NCBI GenBank assembly: GCA_049363815.1
Contig: JBMQEM010000163.1
Coordinates: 10,025-74,024 of the forward strand
DNA: 64,000 bases
Direction: 5' to 3'
Source of the DNA: Bacteroidota bacterium
GTDB lineage: Bacteria > Bacteroidota > Bacteroidia > AKYH767-A > 2013-40CM-41-45
Within the stretch, counting starts at the first letter, position 1; the number at the start of each line of letters is the position of its first letter. This document shows, piece by piece, positions 8,487 to 18,753 of this stretch. The translations under genes and the position numbers were made by a program. Under the pieces are notes generated by a model. That model ran no database searches and was not told the DNA's origin. It saw nothing but the letters and a program-made list of their open reading frames with translations.

Positions 8487-9374
8487 CTAGTAGCCTACTG
8501 AGATTTTGTCACCGTCACCTTCGATTGGACGGATACTCATTACAGGAATTTTTGAGTGGTTGATGATCTGTTGAGCAGCATTACCCATAAAGATCCCTGA
8601 GCCTTCCTGATCGGTCATGATCATGATCAGATCGGCATTAACCTGTGTAGCAAATTCAGAAATGGTAGCTGCTGTATTTTCAGTCTTGAAAACTTTTACA
8701 GTGTGAGCAATTTCATGTTCTTCAAAATAATCACGAACCTGATGAACCTTTACTTCAAACCTTCTTTGAAGATCAACATCAGACATTGTCATTAATCCGG
8801 CAATGTGAATTACAGAATTATAATGACGTGCGATCTCTGCTGCATGTTTTACTTTCTGACGCGAAGACTGTGAATTGTCGACAGCAAAAACAATATTCTT
8901 GAAGCCAATTTTTTTAGCATGTGCCTGAACAGAAATCACAGGACATGGTGCATTCATTACCACTTTATATGTATTGCTTCCGACAACGAATTCCTGAAAT
9001 CCGCTCGAACCATGAGTACCCATTACGATAATATCACATTCGGCATTCTCAGCAACGAAATTTATCTTTTTATAGATCTTCCCATTTTCAGTCCGTGGAA
9101 TTACTTTCATTCCACTGTCGTGATGTAATTTATCGGCAAGCTCTTTCAGTTTCTCACCTGCAGAAGATTTGATCTTTGTTTCAAATTCCGACTGAGATTT
9201 TCCAAAAGCAGAACTGATCGCAGAAGCAAAGGAAAATGATTCAACAACATGCAGAAGTACGATTTCTGCCTTATGTAGTTTGGCCATAAAAACGGCATGT
9301 TCCAGTGCTAATTCGGCAGTTTCAGAAAAATCAAATGGAATCAGAATTCTGCCGATTTGGAATTTTTTGCTCAT
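8487..9374 (-). CDS. Universal stress protein, tandem Usp domains
   Basis: 295 aa with two Usp halves. Motifs ILIPFDFSE and MGTHGSSGFQEFVVGSNTYKVVMNAPCPVISV. Confidence 0.85.
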   Translation of the reverse strand: MSKKFQIGRILIPFDFSETAELALEHAVFMAKLHKAEIVLLHVVESFSFASAISSAFGKSQSEFETKIKSSAGEKLKELADKLHHDSGMKVIPRTENGKIYKKINFVAENAECDIIVMGTHGSSGFQEFVVGSNTYKVVMNAPCPVISVQAHAKKIGFKNIVFAVDNSQSSRQKVKHAAEIARHYNSVIHIAGLMTMSDVDLQRRFEVKVHQVRDYFEEHEIAHTVKVFKTENTAATISEFATQVNADLIMIMTDQEGSGIFMGNAAQQIINHSKIPVMSIRPIEGDGDKISVGY

Positions 9375-9392
9375 GTGGTGTATGGTTTGTAG

Positions 9393-10262
9393 TTAATACT
9401 GAAATACAGATGCTGTTGTGTCCTTTTTCTCTTTCGGTCTGACAGAAAGAACCGGAATTTCTGATTCATTAATGAGTTGTTGAGCAGATGAACTGATGAA
9501 CATTATGTCTGTCCATGTCATTTCTTCCTGCGTCATGATCATTATCAGATCAGCTTTAATTTTCTTTGAATAACCAACGATTTCTTCGGAAATTTCACTT
9601 CCGTGTAAAAACTCGATTGTACAAGGAATATTGTGTTCTACGATGAATTCGTGAACTTGGTTCATTTGACGCTTCAATTTATTAACAATAAATTCGTCAT
9701 CTGTGGTAAGAACTGAGACCAAATTGATGGTAGATCCAAACAAATTTGCGATTTCAACGGCTTTACTGACCTTTTCTTTCGTTTCTTTGGTCAAATCCAA
9801 CGGTAAAACAATGTTTTTACAGCCGGTTCTGTGCTTTTTTCCTTTTATAGTGATCACAGGACAAGGAGCCTCGCGAATTACTCGTAAAGCATTGGAACCA
9901 ATGAACTTCTTGAATCCTACGCTCCCATTTGTACCCATAACTATAAAAGAACATTTCAGTTTTTTTGCAGCCTTTTGAACCTCTTCATACACTTTTCCCT
10001 TTACAGTCAGCGTACTGACATTGATACCAGCCTCCTTGGATGTCTCTTCTGCCAGTTTTTCAAGTGCTTTTTGGATTTTCTTCTCCATTGTTTTATCTTC
10101 CTTCGCTGAAAAGAAAGGCAATTGAAAAGATTCGTCGATCACATTGATCAGAGTAAGATCTGCTTTAGTTAACCGGGCCAGATTGTACGATTGCTTCAAA
10201 GCAATTTGTGATTGTTCTGAAAAATCAACAGGAACCAAAATATGGTTTTTTAAAGCTGCCAT
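9393..10262 (-). CDS. Universal stress protein, tandem Usp domains (paralogue of the neighbour)
   Basis: ILVPVDFSEQS and MGTNGSVGFKKFIGSNALRVIREAPCPVITI. The listed start at 10268 is TTG; ATG at 10262 is preferred. Confidence 0.85.
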   Translation of the reverse strand: MAALKNHILVPVDFSEQSQIALKQSYNLARLTKADLTLINVIDESFQLPFFSAKEDKTMEKKIQKALEKLAEETSKEAGINVSTLTVKGKVYEEVQKAAKKLKCSFIVMGTNGSVGFKKFIGSNALRVIREAPCPVITIKGKKHRTGCKNIVLPLDLTKETKEKVSKAVEIANLFGSTINLVSVLTTDDEFIVNKLKRQMNQVHEFIVEHNIPCTIEFLHGSEISEEIVGYSKKIKADLIMIMTQEEMTWTDIMFISSSAQQLINESEIPVLSVRPKEKKDTTASVFQY

Positions 10263-10290
10263 AAGCAAAAAATTAGTTTTATTATTGTCG

Positions 10291-10298
10291 CAAATTTA
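10291..10298 (-). promoter_or_regulatory. Candidate -7 box (TAAATTTG) for the Usp gene pair
   Basis: The minus strand reads TAAATTTG, 28 nt upstream of the ATG at 10262. Confidence 0.4.
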
Positions 10299-10312
10299 AT
10301 CGAATCATTCAC

Positions 10313-11188
10313 ATGAACAAAATACCCGAATCAGAACTTATCCTCAATTCAGATAATAGTGTCTATCATTTGAATCTTCTTCCACATGAAATCGCAGATA
10401 CTGTTATCAATGTCGGTGATCCTGATCGTGTTGCTATGGTTTCAAAATTTTTTCAATCTGTTGAAGTAAAAAAACAAAAACGTGAATTCGTTACTCACAC
10501 TGGAGTCTATAAAGGTAAGCGAATCACTGTTTTATCGACTGGTATCGGAACAGATAATATCGATATTGTTTACAACGAACTTGATGCATTGGTCAATATT
10601 GATCTTGAAAAAAGGACCATCAAAGAAAAAATGAGTTCACTTAATCTTATTCGTATTGGAACTTCCGGCTCTTTGCAAAAGGATATTCCGGTTGATAGTT
10701 TTGTTTTTTCTAAATTCGGATTAGGACTTGACGGTTTATTGAATTTTTACAAACTGCCCAATGATGAAGAAGAAAAGTCAATTGTTGAAGCCTTTCGTCT
10801 TCACTATCCTAATGAAGGAATTCTATCACTACCCTATCTTGCCCGTTGCTCTTCCAGACTTGAAGATAAATTAAGCGATGGGATGTTTAAAGGGATTACA
10901 GCCAGTTGCTCCGGCTTTTATGCTCCTCAAGGCCGGATACTTCGATATGAACTTGCCCGACCGAATTTTATAGATACCCTGCATTCTTTTTCTAAAGGAT
11001 CAAACCGGATAACGAATTTTGAAATGGAAACCGGCGCTATGTATGGATTAGCAAAGATCCTGGGTCACCATTGTTGTTCGATCAATGCCATTGTCGCTAA
11101 CAGGATCACCAATGAACATACGCACAAAGGAGAAGAAACGATGAACAGGATGATTGAAACGGTGCTTGACAGGATTGCCCTTCTTTAA
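10313..11188 (+). CDS. Nucleoside phosphorylase family protein (PNP_UDP_1 fold, uridine/purine phosphorylase-like)
   Basis: 291 aa with LSTGIGTDNIDIV, IRIGTSGSL and FEMETGAMY, as in the PNP/UDP phosphorylase family. Confidence 0.75.
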   Translation: MNKIPESELILNSDNSVYHLNLLPHEIADTVINVGDPDRVAMVSKFFQSVEVKKQKREFVTHTGVYKGKRITVLSTGIGTDNIDIVYNELDALVNIDLEKRTIKEKMSSLNLIRIGTSGSLQKDIPVDSFVFSKFGLGLDGLLNFYKLPNDEEEKSIVEAFRLHYPNEGILSLPYLARCSSRLEDKLSDGMFKGITASCSGFYAPQGRILRYELARPNFIDTLHSFSKGSNRITNFEMETGAMYGLAKILGHHCCSINAIVANRITNEHTHKGEETMNRMIETVLDRIALL

Positions 11189-11190
11189 TT

Positions 11191-11235
11191 AAAAAAAAAT
11201 GAAGAATGAAAAATCGTTTTTTTTCATTCTTCATT
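11191..11235. terminator. Hairpin terminator between convergent genes (best U-tract on the minus strand)
   Basis: aatgaagaatgaaaaa / tttttcattcttcatt is a 16-bp perfect stem. It is flanked by an A-run on the plus strand, which is a T-run after the stem on the minus strand. Confidence 0.7.
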
Positions 11236-11242
11236 AAAAAGG

Positions 11243-12826
11243 TTAATTTTTTATAAACGTTTTTTCCGCGATTTTTTCTGTAGTGTTCTGGAGTACTAAA
11301 CTATAAATTCCTCCGGGAAGAAAACTGATATCAACAACTGTTTCTTTTTTATTGATCTTTCCTTTCAAAACTACTTTTGATAATGCATCATAGATAAGGT
11401 AGTTTCCATTTTCCAGAGAAGAAGAAACAACTAATTTGTCAGAAGCAGGATTCGGGTAAACTGTGAAAATGCTTGCAGCCAGGTCAGAAATACCGGCTCC
11501 TATTGGAACTAGTTTCACATGGATCGTATCCAGTACACCATTGGCCAGATTGAAATTCCATGACTGTGATACATAACCGGCTTTTGCAAAAGTAACGGTA
11601 TAAGTTCCGGCATCAGCATAGCCTGTATGGAATTTACCTAATGGGTTTGTTAGTGTTGTTATTCCTGTTCCCTGAATTGTAACATCAACACCGTTCAGTG
11701 AAATGCCGGTTACCGAGTCGATAACTGTACCTTCCAGATAACATGCCCGTTGATACGTAGGTGCAAATACGTAGAAGATCCCGGTCATATCAGTTGCAAT
11801 AATGTTACCGGATGTTGTGTAAGGATCAGCATCCCAGCAAAGATAACCACCTGTCGCATGATTGGCGATTTCAACCAGGTTGCCCGGACGATATGCATCA
11901 ACAATTGTTAACTGACTTCCATAACTAGGACAGATCAGGTAATCGTTCAGTACTCGGACATTGTGCACTTCATTCGCTGAAAAATTACCATTGAAGAATG
12001 TATCAAGAAGGGAAATATTTCCAAGATCAGAAATATCAAAACTTGCCAATGGCTCAGCAGCTTTTTCATCTGCAGCAAAAATTGTCTGACCATCATCGCT
12101 AAGCCAGGTATTATGATTGAATAAACCCGGCGTCAGTTGAGTGGCTTCCAATACCGGTGAAGTCTGACTGGAAATATCATAAACAGAAAACTGTCCATTG
12201 TAAATATCGCTTGTATAGATCTTGTTATCTCTTACATAAGAGTCATGGCAATAATTGTTATTGATCGATCCAACGAAAACAGGATTCCATGGATCCGAAA
12301 CATTCAGGAAAATTACTCCTCTTCCAAGTGCACTGATGTTATGGCCATTAAGATAAACCGTTTGGCCATCAGCAGTTACTGTATGGGAGGTAAAAAGTTG
12401 ATTTGCTATTACTCCATCACCTGTATAAAATTTTGTTGGAGCACTGTCCGGTAAATAGCGCAAGTCGATAATTTGCAAACCATTTAAGATATTGTTTGTA
12501 TCAAATCCTTCACTTACAGCATAAGCAAAATCACCAAGTACTTTCACTTCATGCCAGATACTAGACACACCTGGAAATTGCATTAATAAATTAATATCCG
12601 AAGGGTTGGAAATATCAACGATACAAATACCTTCTGAAGCACCCACGAGTGCATATTCAGCGCCATTAGCATGTTTATAATGCCAGACACCTGCAAGCGA
12701 CTGACCAATATTGAGTGTGTCAAGAATTGTAAGATTTTTTGGCCCCTGGGCTTTTGCCAGAGGACCAGACATGAATACAATCCAGATCGCAATTGGGATC
12801 AGAAGAAATATTTTTTTCATATTCAT
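11243..12826 (-). CDS. LVIVD-repeat / choice-of-anchor-B-like surface protein with a CarboxypepD_reg-like domain and T9SS CTD
   Basis: Signal peptide; GAEYALVGASEGICIVDISNPS and HNTWLSDDGQTIFAADE motifs; CYLEGTVIDSVTG...; C-terminal VYPNPASDKLVV...GGIYSLVL. Confidence 0.72.
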   Translation of the reverse strand: MNMKKIFLLIPIAIWIVFMSGPLAKAQGPKNLTILDTLNIGQSLAGVWHYKHANGAEYALVGASEGICIVDISNPSDINLLMQFPGVSSIWHEVKVLGDFAYAVSEGFDTNNILNGLQIIDLRYLPDSAPTKFYTGDGVIANQLFTSHTVTADGQTVYLNGHNISALGRGVIFLNVSDPWNPVFVGSINNNYCHDSYVRDNKIYTSDIYNGQFSVYDISSQTSPVLEATQLTPGLFNHNTWLSDDGQTIFAADEKAAEPLASFDISDLGNISLLDTFFNGNFSANEVHNVRVLNDYLICPSYGSQLTIVDAYRPGNLVEIANHATGGYLCWDADPYTTSGNIIATDMTGIFYVFAPTYQRACYLEGTVIDSVTGISLNGVDVTIQGTGITTLTNPLGKFHTGYADAGTYTVTFAKAGYVSQSWNFNLANGVLDTIHVKLVPIGAGISDLAASIFTVYPNPASDKLVVSSSLENGNYLIYDALSKVVLKGKINKKETVVDISFLPGGIYSLVLQNTTEKIAEKTFIKN

Positions 12827-15768
12827 CAGTTGATTACAAATTTACCTCGTGCAATTACTTTTGATTTTTCAGAAACACTGTAGTGATATATACCTGCAGC
12901 AAGTGTTCCTCTGTTGATTTCAGTAGTATTGCCTGAGAAATTATGCGCTGCAACAATAGCACCTGCTATGTCAGTGATCACCAGATTATGTTCCACTGTA
13001 CCTGCATTTTCAATACTTATGGTTGCATTTTGAGTGAACGGATTCGGATAAACAGTTGATTGCTGAAGACCTGCAAGTTCGTTGATTCCAACGATGAGGT
13101 CATATCGAAGAACAGTATTGTTTCTTTGTGAATTGTTGATTCCTTCTGTGTAACCGCAAACCCAGAAAGAATTTCCACGGATAGCCAGAGCATTTGGTGA
13201 ATCATCTGTTCCATTTGGTCCGTCATAATTTGAAATAGCCAGTTGAGTTCCCGCTGTACCATATACCAATGTCAGCCAGTTTTTGTTGATGCGACCGGCA
13301 CTTGAATCATTCTCAGAGGTTCCTGTCACATAGATGTCTCCATTCGGTGATACAACCAGATCTACAGGTTCATCATCCTGATTGATCGGTGAATCATATT
13401 GCGGTGGTGAAGCCCAGAGTGGATTTAAACCTGAATCAAATTTCATTGTCAGGAAATTAAAATTACTAACTAAAGGATCAGGATCAACATCCGTACGGAA
13501 TGCAACAAAAATATTCCCTGTCAGGTCATGAGCGATTGCTACGGGTTGGTCTTCACCGAGAGCAACATAACTATAGAAACCCTGAATATCACCATTGTCG
13601 TCATACTTTATTACTACAGGGTCTTCATTAGCAGGAGAACTTCCGGTCTGACTGTAACCGCAAACATAAATGTTGTTGGTTGCATCCAGTGTCATGTCAA
13701 GTGCCCGGTCATCATTTGCAAATGGTCCACCGTAGATAGCAGGTTGTGCCCAAACCGGATTACCAGTAGAAGCATCGTACTTTAGAAGAATAAAATCATC
13801 GTCATGTACATTTTCCGTACGTCCGCAAACCAGAATTTCTCCGTTTCCATTAATAAGGATCTTTGAAGGTTCGTCGCGCATATTTCCGCTACCATTAAAT
13901 CTCTGAAGCCATAACTGATTACCGTTTGAATCATATTTAATAGTAACAATATCATTATTGTCTACAGAATCAATTGGTGAGCTATCACTTCTTCCTGAAA
14001 TGTAAATATTTCCTGCAGCATCAACAGCAAGGACTTCCGCTTTATCGCTTTGTCCTATGTAATCATAAGTTCTTGTCCAAAGTGTGTCACAAGTAGTCGG
14101 ATCATATTTAACTAGTAAAAAATTGCTTTTCTGTCCGGTAACTTTAGTATAGCCTACCGCATATACTCTCCCGTTTGGTGAAAGAGCAAGGTCGTAGAAC
14201 TCATCGTCATCGTTTTTTATTCCATTGAAAGTATATGTGCAAATTGTTGTTCCAAATGGATCGGTCTGAACGATACTGGCATTTCTGTTCTCATCCTGAT
14301 GAAACACATATCCGGAAGTATAAGAGATCTCATTGGAATCTATAATTACAGATCTAGCACTTTCATCGAAATCTCCATCACCATTGAATTGTTTAACAAA
14401 TGTTTCAGTACCAATTGCATCGTATTTTACTATAGTCGCGTCTTTCTGACTTCCTGTATTTTCCAGACTTCCTACCACTATAATGTCTGTTCCGGATAAA
14501 ATTAGGTTCCCCGGTGTATCACCATTTCCAGTACTTGTTCCATTTTTAAATTGTGTCCACATCAAAGTACCGCCGGTATTATACATTACAGTCATCCAGT
14601 CATTATCATCCGTTGTTCCGGGATCCTGATCACTTTTTCCAGTAATAAATACATTTCCGGATGCATCCACTTTTAATGCCGCTGGAATATCATCCTGAAT
14701 AAAAATGGAACCGGTCAGTTTTGACCATTGCTGTGTACCTGCAGAATTATATTTCACAGTAGCAAAGTCATAATTTATGGATGATGAATTATCAATATCT
14801 GATTGTCCTGTAACATAAATATTATTTGCTGCATCCACACCGATAGCAAGCGCACGGTCATCCTGATTAGCAGGGGCATTATAGAATTTACTCCATACCA
14901 AAGCGCCGGCTGAACTATATTTTACTGTCCTGAAGTCATCATTACTTGCACTCTTACTTCTTCCAGTTACAATTAAGTCGCCTGCATTATCCAGAGTCAA
15001 TGCAGTTGCTCTGTCATTACCGTTTCCACTATTGTAGATCTGAACCCACAACTGGCTGCCATTAGCTCCTGAATATTTTACGGTTGCAAAATCATCATCT
15101 ACTAAAGACGCAGAACGTCCAGTTACATAGATATCACCGGCAGCGTCTACTACTAATCCAGCCAATTCATGCTTCGCTCCTGTTCTAGAATATTCTGTCG
15201 CCCAGAGTAAAGAACCTGCCGGAGAATATTTAAGTGTAACATAATGATTACTTCCGGATACAGTATCCGGCTCAGCATTCCCGCCAATTATAATATTTCC
15301 ACCTGGATCCAATGTCATTACAACCGGAATGTCATCAAAGTAGGCAGGAGAATTCCAGGTAGTATCAAACAACCGGTTTCCTATTGCATCATACTTTAAA
15401 AGTAAGATATCCATATTGGAATTTCCACCATCAGAAGATCCGACAACAAAAATATTACCTGATCCATCAACAACTGCAGAAACAGCTTCGTCGTCACCGG
15501 CGTTCTTTCCGTTTTTCGTTCTTGTCCAAATGGTATCACCATTTGCATCCAACTTAACCACGAGGAAATCTCTGTAGTTTCCGGCACGGATCGTATATCC
15601 TACTGCTATAAAATTTCCGGAGCCATCAGAAATGACCGAATTGTACCTGTCAGAATTATCCCCGGTACCTTCATAGAAAGAAGACCAGATCGGGTTAATA
15701 CTATGTACTAAAGTATTATTAACAAATAAAATACTTAATGTTAAGAGAAGTGCTTTTAAATTGGACAT
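12826..15768 (-). CDS. SBBP-type beta-propeller repeat protein with T9SS CTD
   Basis: 980 aa with a signal peptide and about 15 degenerate ~55-aa repeats (D..GNIYVTG.S.....DF.TVKY...G..LW). C-terminal VYPNPFTQNATISI...AGIYHYSV. Its stop overlaps the next gene's ATG by 1 nt (TGATG). Confidence 0.75.
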   Translation of the reverse strand: MSNLKALLLTLSILFVNNTLVHSINPIWSSFYEGTGDNSDRYNSVISDGSGNFIAVGYTIRAGNYRDFLVVKLDANGDTIWTRTKNGKNAGDDEAVSAVVDGSGNIFVVGSSDGGNSNMDILLLKYDAIGNRLFDTTWNSPAYFDDIPVVMTLDPGGNIIIGGNAEPDTVSGSNHYVTLKYSPAGSLLWATEYSRTGAKHELAGLVVDAAGDIYVTGRSASLVDDDFATVKYSGANGSQLWVQIYNSGNGNDRATALTLDNAGDLIVTGRSKSASNDDFRTVKYSSAGALVWSKFYNAPANQDDRALAIGVDAANNIYVTGQSDIDNSSSINYDFATVKYNSAGTQQWSKLTGSIFIQDDIPAALKVDASGNVFITGKSDQDPGTTDDNDWMTVMYNTGGTLMWTQFKNGTSTGNGDTPGNLILSGTDIIVVGSLENTGSQKDATIVKYDAIGTETFVKQFNGDGDFDESARSVIIDSNEISYTSGYVFHQDENRNASIVQTDPFGTTICTYTFNGIKNDDDEFYDLALSPNGRVYAVGYTKVTGQKSNFLLVKYDPTTCDTLWTRTYDYIGQSDKAEVLAVDAAGNIYISGRSDSSPIDSVDNNDIVTIKYDSNGNQLWLQRFNGSGNMRDEPSKILINGNGEILVCGRTENVHDDDFILLKYDASTGNPVWAQPAIYGGPFANDDRALDMTLDATNNIYVCGYSQTGSSPANEDPVVIKYDDNGDIQGFYSYVALGEDQPVAIAHDLTGNIFVAFRTDVDPDPLVSNFNFLTMKFDSGLNPLWASPPQYDSPINQDDEPVDLVVSPNGDIYVTGTSENDSSAGRINKNWLTLVYGTAGTQLAISNYDGPNGTDDSPNALAIRGNSFWVCGYTEGINNSQRNNTVLRYDLIVGINELAGLQQSTVYPNPFTQNATISIENAGTVEHNLVITDIAGAIVAAHNFSGNTTEINRGTLAAGIYHYSVSEKSKVIARGKFVIN

Positions 15769-15810
15769 AGGTTAAATTCGATTTTTTTATGTTTATTTTA
15801 TTAAGTTTCA

Positions 15811-15818
15811 CAAAGGTA
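15811..15818 (-). promoter_or_regulatory. Candidate -7 box (TACCTTTG) for the SBBP/LVIVD operon
   Basis: The minus strand reads TACCTTTG, 42 nt upstream of the ATG at 15768. Confidence 0.4.
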
Positions 15819-16007
15819 AGAAGTTAATTCTTGCTTTTGCCATTGAATAGTAAAACGTTTCAACACTTTTGTGCGATTTTTGTTTAAAACTGCCATGTTT
15901 TCAAAGGTTACGCTTTATCCAATGTTAAAGTTCAAACAAAATTCTGTTGAAAATTTGAAGTTAATTCAAGTATCCTTTTTTAGAAAAGCGGGGTTAAAGG
16001 ATAACCT

Positions 16008-16880
16008 ATGAAAACATTAAATCGCACTGAAGTGGATGCATTGATCAGATTGTTGGACGACTCTGATCAGGAAATTTATAACCATATTCAAACCCGCCTG
16101 GTTGACTATGGAAAGGAAGTTATTCCGATTCTTGAAAATGCCTGGAGTAGTTCCATGGATGCCATGATGCAGGAAAGAATTGAAAATGTAATTCATAAAA
16201 TACAGTTCGATGATCTTAAGCATGAGCTCCATGTATGGGCCCATTCCGGTTCACACGATCTTATAAAAGGTGCCATCCTTCTTGCAAGATACCAGTATCC
16301 TGAACTTCAGGAGGAACAGATCCAGAAACAACTGGACAAAGTCCGCAAGGATGCCTGGCTTGAAATGAACGACAACCTGACTGCCCTTGAACAAGTAAAA
16401 GTTCTGAATAAGATCTTTTTTGAGATCCATGGTTATTCCGGAAATACTCAGAATTATCATGCACCTCAGAACAGTTTTATAAATATTGCTCTTGAGACAA
16501 AAAAAGGTAATCCATTGATGCTATCCCTGCTCTACTTAGAAATAGCACGTTCTGCAGGTATTCCTATTTATGGTGTCAATTTGCCGGAACATTTTATCCT
16601 TTGTTATAAAGACGAATTGAATGACCCTGTTTCAATTGATGACCACTCTAAGATCCTCTTTTATATTAACCCATTCAGCAAAGGTGATATCTTTAATAAA
16701 AAAGAGATCGATAATTTTCTTGCACAATTAAAGATCCCGCAAGAAAAAAGTTTTTATGAGCCTTGTTCAAACAGGGATATGATCCAGCGACTGATCCGTA
16801 ATCTAATGAACTCATATCACAAACTTGGTTTTATGGATAAGGTAGATGAACTGACCTTACTGATGCGGGCTGTGATTTGA
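16008..16880 (+). CDS. SirB1-like transglutaminase-fold/TPR family protein
   Basis: 290 aa. It resembles the YchA/SirB1 family (N-terminal transglutaminase-like region, GNPLMLSLLYLEIARSAGIPIYGVNLPEHF, C-terminal TPR-like end). Recognised from memory only. Confidence 0.6.
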   Translation: MKTLNRTEVDALIRLLDDSDQEIYNHIQTRLVDYGKEVIPILENAWSSSMDAMMQERIENVIHKIQFDDLKHELHVWAHSGSHDLIKGAILLARYQYPELQEEQIQKQLDKVRKDAWLEMNDNLTALEQVKVLNKIFFEIHGYSGNTQNYHAPQNSFINIALETKKGNPLMLSLLYLEIARSAGIPIYGVNLPEHFILCYKDELNDPVSIDDHSKILFYINPFSKGDIFNKKEIDNFLAQLKIPQEKSFYEPCSNRDMIQRLIRNLMNSYHKLGFMDKVDELTLLMRAVI

Positions 16881-16902
16881 TTCATGTATCAAATAATTAA
16901 AG

Positions 16903-16950
16903 TTGAAAGGGTTTAAGGTGTTTGAGAAGTCACCTTAAACCCTTTCGACT
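16903..16950. terminator. Bidirectional intrinsic terminator
   Basis: gaaagggtttaaggtg / caccttaaaccctttc is a 16-bp perfect stem, extended by three more pairs (one G-U) to span 16903-16950. It is T-rich on both exits and lies between convergent genes. Confidence 0.72.
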
Positions 16951-16974
16951 TTATTATCTTTTCAACCAATAATT

Positions 16975-18753
16975 CTATTGCGACCTGGAACTAAACTGAA
17001 TATCATATAACTCTTTATATAGTCCTTCTTTTTTGAGAAGTTCCTGATGATTGCCTTCTTCCATTACTCTTCCATGATCAAGAACAATGATCTTGTCAGC
17101 ATTTTGAATCGTAGCTAGTCTGTGTGCTATTACAATTGAAGTTCTGTTTTTTGTGAGAGTGGTCGTAGCATTCTGAATAAGCTCTTCGCTTTCACTGTCT
17201 ATTGACGACGTAGCTTCATCCAGTATTAATATAGCAGGATCAAAAACATAAGCCCTGATAAAAGAGATCAGTTGCCTTTGTCCGACAGATAGCATTGCCC
17301 CTCTTTCCATGACATTAAAATCATATTTACCCGGAAGACGTTCGATGAAACTATCGGCTCCAACAGCTTTGGATGCGGCAACTACCTGATCGGATTTGAT
17401 TGAGTGGTCGTTTAGAGTGATATTATTGATGATGGAATCTGAAAACAGAAATACATCCTGAAGTACGACAGCAATTTGTTTTCGTAATTCAGAAAGTTCA
17501 TATTCTCTGATATCAATATTGTCAATTGTAATTCTGCCTTTCTGAAATTCATACATTCTGCTGACCAGATTTATTACAGACGATTTCCCGGCACCTGTTG
17601 CTCCTATCAACGCCAGGGTTTCTCCTGACTTGATCTCAAAACTCACATCCTTCAATATCCATTCGGTTTCATCGGGATCAAGAGAATCATTATAAGCAAA
17701 CCACACATTCTCAAATCTGATATTGCCGTCGATATTACGTTTTAATTTTCCTTTATCTTCAATGAACTCAGAAGTATCAAGAACCTTCATCACCCGTTCT
17801 CCACTGACCATTCCCATCTGCAGGGTATTGAATTTATCGGCTAATTCCCGGATGGGCCGGAAAAGAAGGTTGATGTACATAATGAAGGCCATGATATTCC
17901 CAAGGGAAACGTCATGCGAAATTACTCCGCTTGATCCCCACCAAATCAATAGGCCAAGAGAAGTTGTAGAAAGTAATTCGACAACAGGGAAAAAAATGCT
18001 GTAATACCAGACCGACCTGATATTGGCTTTCATATGTTCTTTGTTGATCTTTTTGAAGCGGTTCATTTCTTCCTCTTCCCTGTTAAAGATCTGCACTACG
18101 CTGATACCAGTAATATGCTCCTGAACAAATGTGTTTAATGCAGCCACCTGATTTCTTACTTCTCTGAACGTCTTATTTATTCCATACTGAAAGATCCGTG
18201 TTGCAATCATTAAGATGGGGATAGTACTCAAACTGATCAATGCAAGCCGCCAGTCAATATAGAACATGGCTAAAACAATCAGCAGCAACATCAGCAGATC
18301 GCCAATGATCACGATCAATCCCTCACTGAAAATATCTGCGATCGTCTCAAGATCACTTACAGTTCTGGTTACAAGAGTCCCAATGGGAGTATGATCAAAA
18401 AATTTTAACCGTAAACTTAAAATATGCCGGAATAATTTTACTCTCAGATCTTTTACAACAGATTGCCCTAACCAATTGGTCAGATAGGTATGGATATACT
18501 GAAGAACCGTCTGAGTGATCAGTAGACCGACCATCAATAACATCATATAACTCAGCCCTGCTGCATCCAGATGGATAATATAATTATCAACAGTATGCTG
18601 GATCAGTACCGGTCGTAAAATAGCCACAAAGGCAAGAACCAGTGTAAGCCCAACACTGAGGTAAAATTTCTTTTTATATGGTTTGGTAAAAGCAAAGATC
18701 CTTCTGAGGATCTTCAAATCAAATGCTTTACCAACAACGGTTTCTTTTGACAT
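16975..18753 (-). CDS. ABC exporter, fused permease/ATPase (MsbA/multidrug-type)
   Basis: 592 aa. Six-TM N-terminal domain, Walker A GATGAGKSS, signature LSVGQRQ and Walker B ILILDEATS. Confidence 0.88.
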   Translation of the reverse strand: MSKETVVGKAFDLKILRRIFAFTKPYKKKFYLSVGLTLVLAFVAILRPVLIQHTVDNYIIHLDAAGLSYMMLLMVGLLITQTVLQYIHTYLTNWLGQSVVKDLRVKLFRHILSLRLKFFDHTPIGTLVTRTVSDLETIADIFSEGLIVIIGDLLMLLLIVLAMFYIDWRLALISLSTIPILMIATRIFQYGINKTFREVRNQVAALNTFVQEHITGISVVQIFNREEEEMNRFKKINKEHMKANIRSVWYYSIFFPVVELLSTTSLGLLIWWGSSGVISHDVSLGNIMAFIMYINLLFRPIRELADKFNTLQMGMVSGERVMKVLDTSEFIEDKGKLKRNIDGNIRFENVWFAYNDSLDPDETEWILKDVSFEIKSGETLALIGATGAGKSSVINLVSRMYEFQKGRITIDNIDIREYELSELRKQIAVVLQDVFLFSDSIINNITLNDHSIKSDQVVAASKAVGADSFIERLPGKYDFNVMERGAMLSVGQRQLISFIRAYVFDPAILILDEATSSIDSESEELIQNATTTLTKNRTSIVIAHRLATIQNADKIIVLDHGRVMEEGNHQELLKKEGLYKELYDIQFSSRSQ

